From: Burkholderiales bacterium
GTDB taxonomy: Bacteria > Patescibacteriota > Minisyncoccia > Phycocordibacterales > UBA9973
Assembly: GCA_023701005.1 (NCBI GenBank)
Contig: JAMPXW010000001.1
Coordinates: 207,843-271,842 of the forward strand
Reading direction: 5' to 3'
DNA: 64,000 nucleotides
The position numbers and the translations under genes are program-made. Shown piece after piece: positions 60,628-64,000 of the stretch. Within the stretch, counting starts at the first letter, position 1, and every line of letters begins with the position of its first letter. The notes beneath the pieces were generated by a model. The model did not search any database. It was given only the letters and a program-made list of their open reading frames with translations, and was not told where the DNA came from.

Positions 60628-61038
60628 ATGAGGTGCCTCATGGAAATTAATTCAGCGAGAATTCTCGTAGTAGATGATGTTGCAGCTTGCACTGCAATCA
60701 TCATGAAAATTTTAAAAGAAAATTCTTTTAAAAATGTTATATCCGCTTCTAATGGTGTAGATGCTATTAGCTTATGTGCTAATTCTGAGTTTGATTTAGT
60801 ACTAATTGGTCCAGGACGTTCGGTATTAAATAGTTTTGAAACCATCGGCACGATAAGAGACATACCAATACCTCTTTTTAAAAAAATCCCTATCATTGCG
60901 ATGATAAAAGATGAAAAAGATTCAAAAGAAGAAGTTTTATTTGCAGGAGCAACAGACGTTATTTTAAAGCCTATAAAAAAAGAAGATCTTGTAGGCATAT
61001 TAAAAAAATATTTAGAAAAGGAACCTAAGGAAGATTAA
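60628..61038 (+). CDS. Orphan single-domain response regulator (CheY-like receiver)
   Basis: ILVVDDVAACTAIIMKILKE...DLVLIG...K receiver pattern. Confidence 0.65.
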   Translation: MRCLMEINSARILVVDDVAACTAIIMKILKENSFKNVISASNGVDAISLCANSEFDLVLIGPGRSVLNSFETIGTIRDIPIPLFKKIPIIAMIKDEKDSKEEVLFAGATDVILKPIKKEDLVGILKKYLEKEPKED

Positions 61039-61039
61039 C

Positions 61040-61095
61040 TTGGCTCGGTGTGTTTTATGACGCACCGAGCCTTTTTTATTTAAATTTTAATTTTT
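61040..61095. repeat. Left copy of a 56-bp direct repeat; it contains a terminator hairpin (ggctcggtgtgttttatgacgcaccgagcc plus T-run). The right copy is 62065..62120, with 42 nt identical and then 2 mismatches
   Basis: Direct comparison of the two copies in the sequence. Confidence 0.85.
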
Positions 61096-61112
61096 ATAAG
61101 ATATATAATTAT

Positions 61113-61142
61113 CCCCATATACGCCATAGCGTATATGGGGAT
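61113..61142. repeat. Perfect 12-bp-stem palindrome ccccatatacgc-cata-gcgtatatgggg, upstream of the cas2-like gene. A degenerate second copy is at 61557..61586
   Basis: Read from sequence. The second copy is cctcatatcagccatggcgtatacgggg. Confidence 0.7.
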
Positions 61143-61161
61143 TGAGTGATATTATTTATAT

Positions 61162-61548
61162 ATGAGTTTTAAAAGAAAATTATATTATAGAGGAATGGAA
61201 GTGAATTCTTTTGGTATCCCAATTTTTTCACAAGGCAGAAAGAGTCGTTCAAAGATGAAAAACAGAAAGAGAACTTTTTATAATATTGCTTTTTATTCTC
61301 CTTTTAATAAAGATTCTTCAAAAAATTTAATCGTAATGTACGATATTCCTTCTGATAAGAAAAAAGAAAGAGATTGGTTTCGCAGACAATTGATAAAATT
61401 TAATTATATTATGATTCAAAAAAGCGTTTGGGTGGGCCCCTCTCCATTGCCAAAAGATTTTTTAGATTATTTAAAAGAGATAAAGATAGGGGATAACTTT
61501 AAAACATTTAAATTAGCTAAATCTTATACTAATTTTAAAAAAGTTTAA
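61162..61548 (+). CDS. cas2: Cas2-family protein (type-II-like) with an approximately 50-aa N-terminal extension; solo, no cas1/cas9/array in the window
   Basis: NLIVMYDIPSDKKKERDWFRRQLIKFNYIMIQKSVWVG aligns with the S. pyogenes Cas2 core [38 protein letters not shown] (alignment done from memory). Confidence 0.5.
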   Translation: MSFKRKLYYRGMEVNSFGIPIFSQGRKSRSKMKNRKRTFYNIAFYSPFNKDSSKNLIVMYDIPSDKKKERDWFRRQLIKFNYIMIQKSVWVGPSPLPKDFLDYLKEIKIGDNFKTFKLAKSYTNFKKV

Positions 61549-61683
61549 TAATTTAAACTTCCTCATATCAGCCATGGCGTATACGGGGAAGAAGAGATAT
61601 AAACATACAAAACTTGACATGTAAAGAGAGAGAGTATTCTGAGTTAAATTTGTACAAATAAATTTAACTAATTTGAGGTTAGT

Positions 61684-62013
61684 ATGGCCTTATCTGCAAA
61701 TGAACGTGAAGAAGAGTTCGAAAAAGTTCTTCTTATGGGTATTGGATTGCCTTGTCCAAAAAATATGCCTATTAAAGAACTTTCAAAAAAATCCCTTGAG
61801 ATGATAGATAAATTACTATTATCAATGCAAGAGATATTTGATGTTTCTCCTGATAAAGGTGAACAAGTTCGGTTGGCATTTATTATTAGGCAACTTCAAG
61901 AGTTCAAAAAAGAAATAGAAAAAAATGAGTTTTTTGTTTACCTTAGATTTTCTTATTTGGCTGCTTTAAGCCAAGGAATTATGGTATATAAAAGAGAATT
62001 TAAGTTAATCTAA
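61684..62013 (+). CDS. Hypothetical 109-aa protein inside the cassette
   Basis: ORF only; acidic N-terminus; no family recognised. Confidence 0.3.
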   Translation: MALSANEREEEFEKVLLMGIGLPCPKNMPIKELSKKSLEMIDKLLLSMQEIFDVSPDKGEQVRLAFIIRQLQEFKKEIEKNEFFVYLRFSYLAALSQGIMVYKREFKLI

Positions 62014-62064
62014 AGGATTTCATTAAACTTTTTAAAATTGCAGAAGAAATTTTGGATGTTTGAT

Positions 62065-62120
62065 TTGGCTCGGTGTGTTTTATGACGCACCGAGCCTTTT
62101 TTATTTGAATTTTAGTTTTT
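62065..62120. repeat. Right copy of the 56-bp direct repeat and terminator hairpin. Its distal end encodes the last five codons of the convergent 62101..63990 gene
   Basis: Identical to 61040-61081, then near-identical. Confidence 0.85.
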
Positions 62121-63990
62121 CTTCTTTGCCGTTTATTATTTTTTCTATTTTAAATAATTTGTTTAATTTAGAAATATTTTTCTTTACTGTCATACCACCA
62201 TCTTTGTCTAATTTAATCTCAACTATCATACCCTCCATTGTGTTTTTAGAAAAACCTTGGTCAAAGATAAAATTACCGAGTGAATACATAATATAGCCGT
62301 CTTTGTAAATTTCTGTATCTTCTACAACATGAGGATGATGTCCGACAACTATTTTTGCTCCAGAATCGATAGCTTTATGAGCTAGATATTCTTGTCTTTT
62401 GTTGTGTATTGTCTTGTATTCATCTCCAAAATGAAATGATACTATTAAATGATCTACTAATTTAGATGCATTATTTATTATTTCTTCAAAACGAGGGTTG
62501 TTTGCTAATAGTATTCCGGCACTTTCTTCTGTTGCTTTCATCCAGTTTGGCCCTACATCTGAGAACCCTAGATATCCTATTTTGATACCATATTTTTCTA
62601 TGATTACAGGCCTTTCTGCTTCTGTATTATTTATACCTCCTCCAGTATAAAATATTTCATTTTCTTCTAAACGAGATAGTGTGTCAGCGAAAGCTTCTCT
62701 TTTCCAATCTCCCATATGATTGTTTGCAACAGACATTATATCAAAACCTGCTCCTTTTATAGCTGGTATTACTGAAGGATCCATCCTAAATGAATATAAA
62801 TTACGCATGTCTTTTCCTTTATCTGAGGCGGGTCCTTCTAAATTGGCAAAAGATATATCTGATTTTTTTAATAATGTTAATTTTTCAAACAAAAAAGAAA
62901 AGTCCCCGTTAAAGTTTTTATTCACAGAGCTTTCTACCCCTCGATCGAGCATCATATCTCCGACAAAAGTTAGATTTACATAATCTTGATCATAAATTAT
63001 AGGAAGATCTGTTCTTTCTTTTACCCAAGCTACACTCGCATCAGATGCTCCTCCATAATAAATATTTTTATTTAAATATTTTAAAATATTTTCTACATCT
63101 TTTAATCTATCTTTACTTCTTAAAAGAGAGATAGAGATGTGGCGTGTGCCCGTCTTTGAAAGGGGAAGAGAGAAAGTAGATATGACCGTTTGTAAGGCAG
63201 GATATGTAAAACCGCTTTTACCTCCAGTATAATTTTCCTTACGTAAAAATTGACTTATATTAAACCATGTATGTTTTTTTTCTGAATAATTGCGTTTTGT
63301 TGTTATTTCAAATATGTCTGGATTTTTTAATTTTATATAGCCAGCTAATTTGAACATATCTAAAGCTGTTGATTGATTGTTTGCTGAGAGACCACTAGGG
63401 TCTTCAAAAGATGTCTTTTCTAAATTTAATTTTAAAGAGTTTTGATTCATTCTTTTTATAAAAATATTTCTATCGAAATATTGAGCGATGGCTTCAGCTG
63501 CGTCATTACTAGATTCTAAGAGTAGGGGGTATATCAAAGTAGAAATTTTTATTTTTTCATTTATTTTTAAATTTCCATTATTTCCACTGGTTGTTAATAT
63601 TTTTTGGGAAATCTTCACAGTATCATCTGTATTCATTAATTCTTTAGCTGTTAACGCAGTCATGAGCTTGGAGACAGAAGCTAATGGGAATCTCATATCT
63701 TCATTTTTTTTCAAAATTATTTCTCCTGTATCTAGGTCTCCTACGACATAGGCTTCTGCACTTACTGTAGGTTTTAAATATTGATCTTTCGCAAAATAGG
63801 CCAATTGAGGAATATTCTCTTCTGTGTAAATAGGGTAGCCTTCGATGGCTAATGCTTTATTTTCGGCATTTGTTGTTATTGTTTTAAAATTTATATTTTT
63901 AATTAAAAAAGAAGCCAAAAAGATACCAATAATTATGGAGGATATTATTAAAGTTGTTATTTTTATTTTTTTACTTAATTCAAATTTCAT
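62101..63990 (-). CDS. Fusion of a D-alanyl-D-alanine carboxypeptidase (peptidase S11, PBP5-like) with a C-terminal CapA/PgsA-like metallophosphoesterase domain; N-terminal membrane anchor
   Basis: SxxK motif ASVSKLMTA in the N-terminal half. The C-terminal half (FVGDMMLDRGV ... GNHMGDW ... GHHPHV) matches the CapA (PGA_cap) calcineurin-like family. Confidence 0.65.
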   Translation of the reverse strand: MKFELSKKIKITTLIISSIIIGIFLASFLIKNINFKTITTNAENKALAIEGYPIYTEENIPQLAYFAKDQYLKPTVSAEAYVVGDLDTGEIILKKNEDMRFPLASVSKLMTALTAKELMNTDDTVKISQKILTTSGNNGNLKINEKIKISTLIYPLLLESSNDAAEAIAQYFDRNIFIKRMNQNSLKLNLEKTSFEDPSGLSANNQSTALDMFKLAGYIKLKNPDIFEITTKRNYSEKKHTWFNISQFLRKENYTGGKSGFTYPALQTVISTFSLPLSKTGTRHISISLLRSKDRLKDVENILKYLNKNIYYGGASDASVAWVKERTDLPIIYDQDYVNLTFVGDMMLDRGVESSVNKNFNGDFSFLFEKLTLLKKSDISFANLEGPASDKGKDMRNLYSFRMDPSVIPAIKGAGFDIMSVANNHMGDWKREAFADTLSRLEENEIFYTGGGINNTEAERPVIIEKYGIKIGYLGFSDVGPNWMKATEESAGILLANNPRFEEIINNASKLVDHLIVSFHFGDEYKTIHNKRQEYLAHKAIDSGAKIVVGHHPHVVEDTEIYKDGYIMYSLGNFIFDQGFSKNTMEGMIVEIKLDKDGGMTVKKNISKLNKLFKIEKIINGKEEKLKFK

Positions 63991-64000
63991 ACTAATACGT

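Larger units (their letters stand above)
61096..62064. mobile_element. About 0.97-kb cassette bounded by the 56-bp direct repeats, carrying a cas2-like gene, two related palindromes and a 109-aa ORF. Candidate insertion into a convergent terminator
   Basis: Flanking direct repeats. The right repeat supplies the last five codons of the downstream convergent gene. Cargo unrelated to neighbouring housekeeping genes. No integrase or transposase present. Confidence 0.35.

Noticed and set aside
61113-61586. Possible mini CRISPR array next to cas2 (two roughly 30-36 bp repeat-like palindromes)
   Set aside because: Only two copies, about 80% identical. The spacer would be 408 bp and contains the cas2-like ORF itself. 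No regular repeat-spacer periodicity.
62060-62296. 78-aa plus-strand ORF beginning in the right direct repeat
   Set aside because: Starts inside the terminator repeat and runs antisense to the DacA-CapA gene end. Its homology to the left-repeat region is DNA-level repeat identity, not a gene.

Overview
Assessment of a 64-kb AT-rich (roughly one-third GC) bacterial chromosomal segment. The gene content looks like a reduced-genome, Candidate-Phyla-Radiation / Patescibacteria-type organism, but that taxonomic call is inference from gene content only.

Core genes recognised from their translations:
- Nucleotide and protein metabolism: pyrH (5' partial), map, ndk, proB-proC-proA.
- Translation: the infC-rpmI-rplT operon, smpB followed by a tmRNA gene, rpmF, pheS-pheT, thrS with a T-box leader.
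- Replication and repair: ftsH, recG, ligA, gyrB, rnc, a short SMC, a PIF1-like helicase, a UvrD-like helicase-nuclease.
- RNA genes: four tRNAs, two of them with unusual anticodons (Ile-UAU and an apparent Ser-ACU).

The central ~13 kb (27.8-40.7 kb) is a complete single-membrane type IV pilus / competence cluster (no secretin gene is present in the window): comF, pilM/N/O, pilB, a CheY-like regulator, pilT, pilC, three tandem pilin paralogs, pilD and four minor pilins.

Observations worth a second look:
1. A family of short GC-rich, GCCTCGAC-containing palindromic sequences sits in-frame inside conserved genes (truB, pheT, nusB-NUDIX, ligA, a pilin leader), reminiscent of Rickettsia palindromic elements.
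2. A ~1-kb cassette bounded by 56-bp direct repeats (a duplicated convergent terminator) carries an orphan type-II-like cas2 homolog flanked by two related palindromes, with no cas1, cas9 or CRISPR array in the window.
3. A small accessory island between gyrB and thrS contains an HTH protein plus a Doc/Fic toxin.
4. A NusB-NUDIX fusion and a DD-carboxypeptidase-CapA fusion.
5. A frameshifted phosphohexomutase gene.
6. A standalone VirD4/TraG-like ATPase.

All calls rest on reading the supplied translations and the raw sequence. No database search was run.
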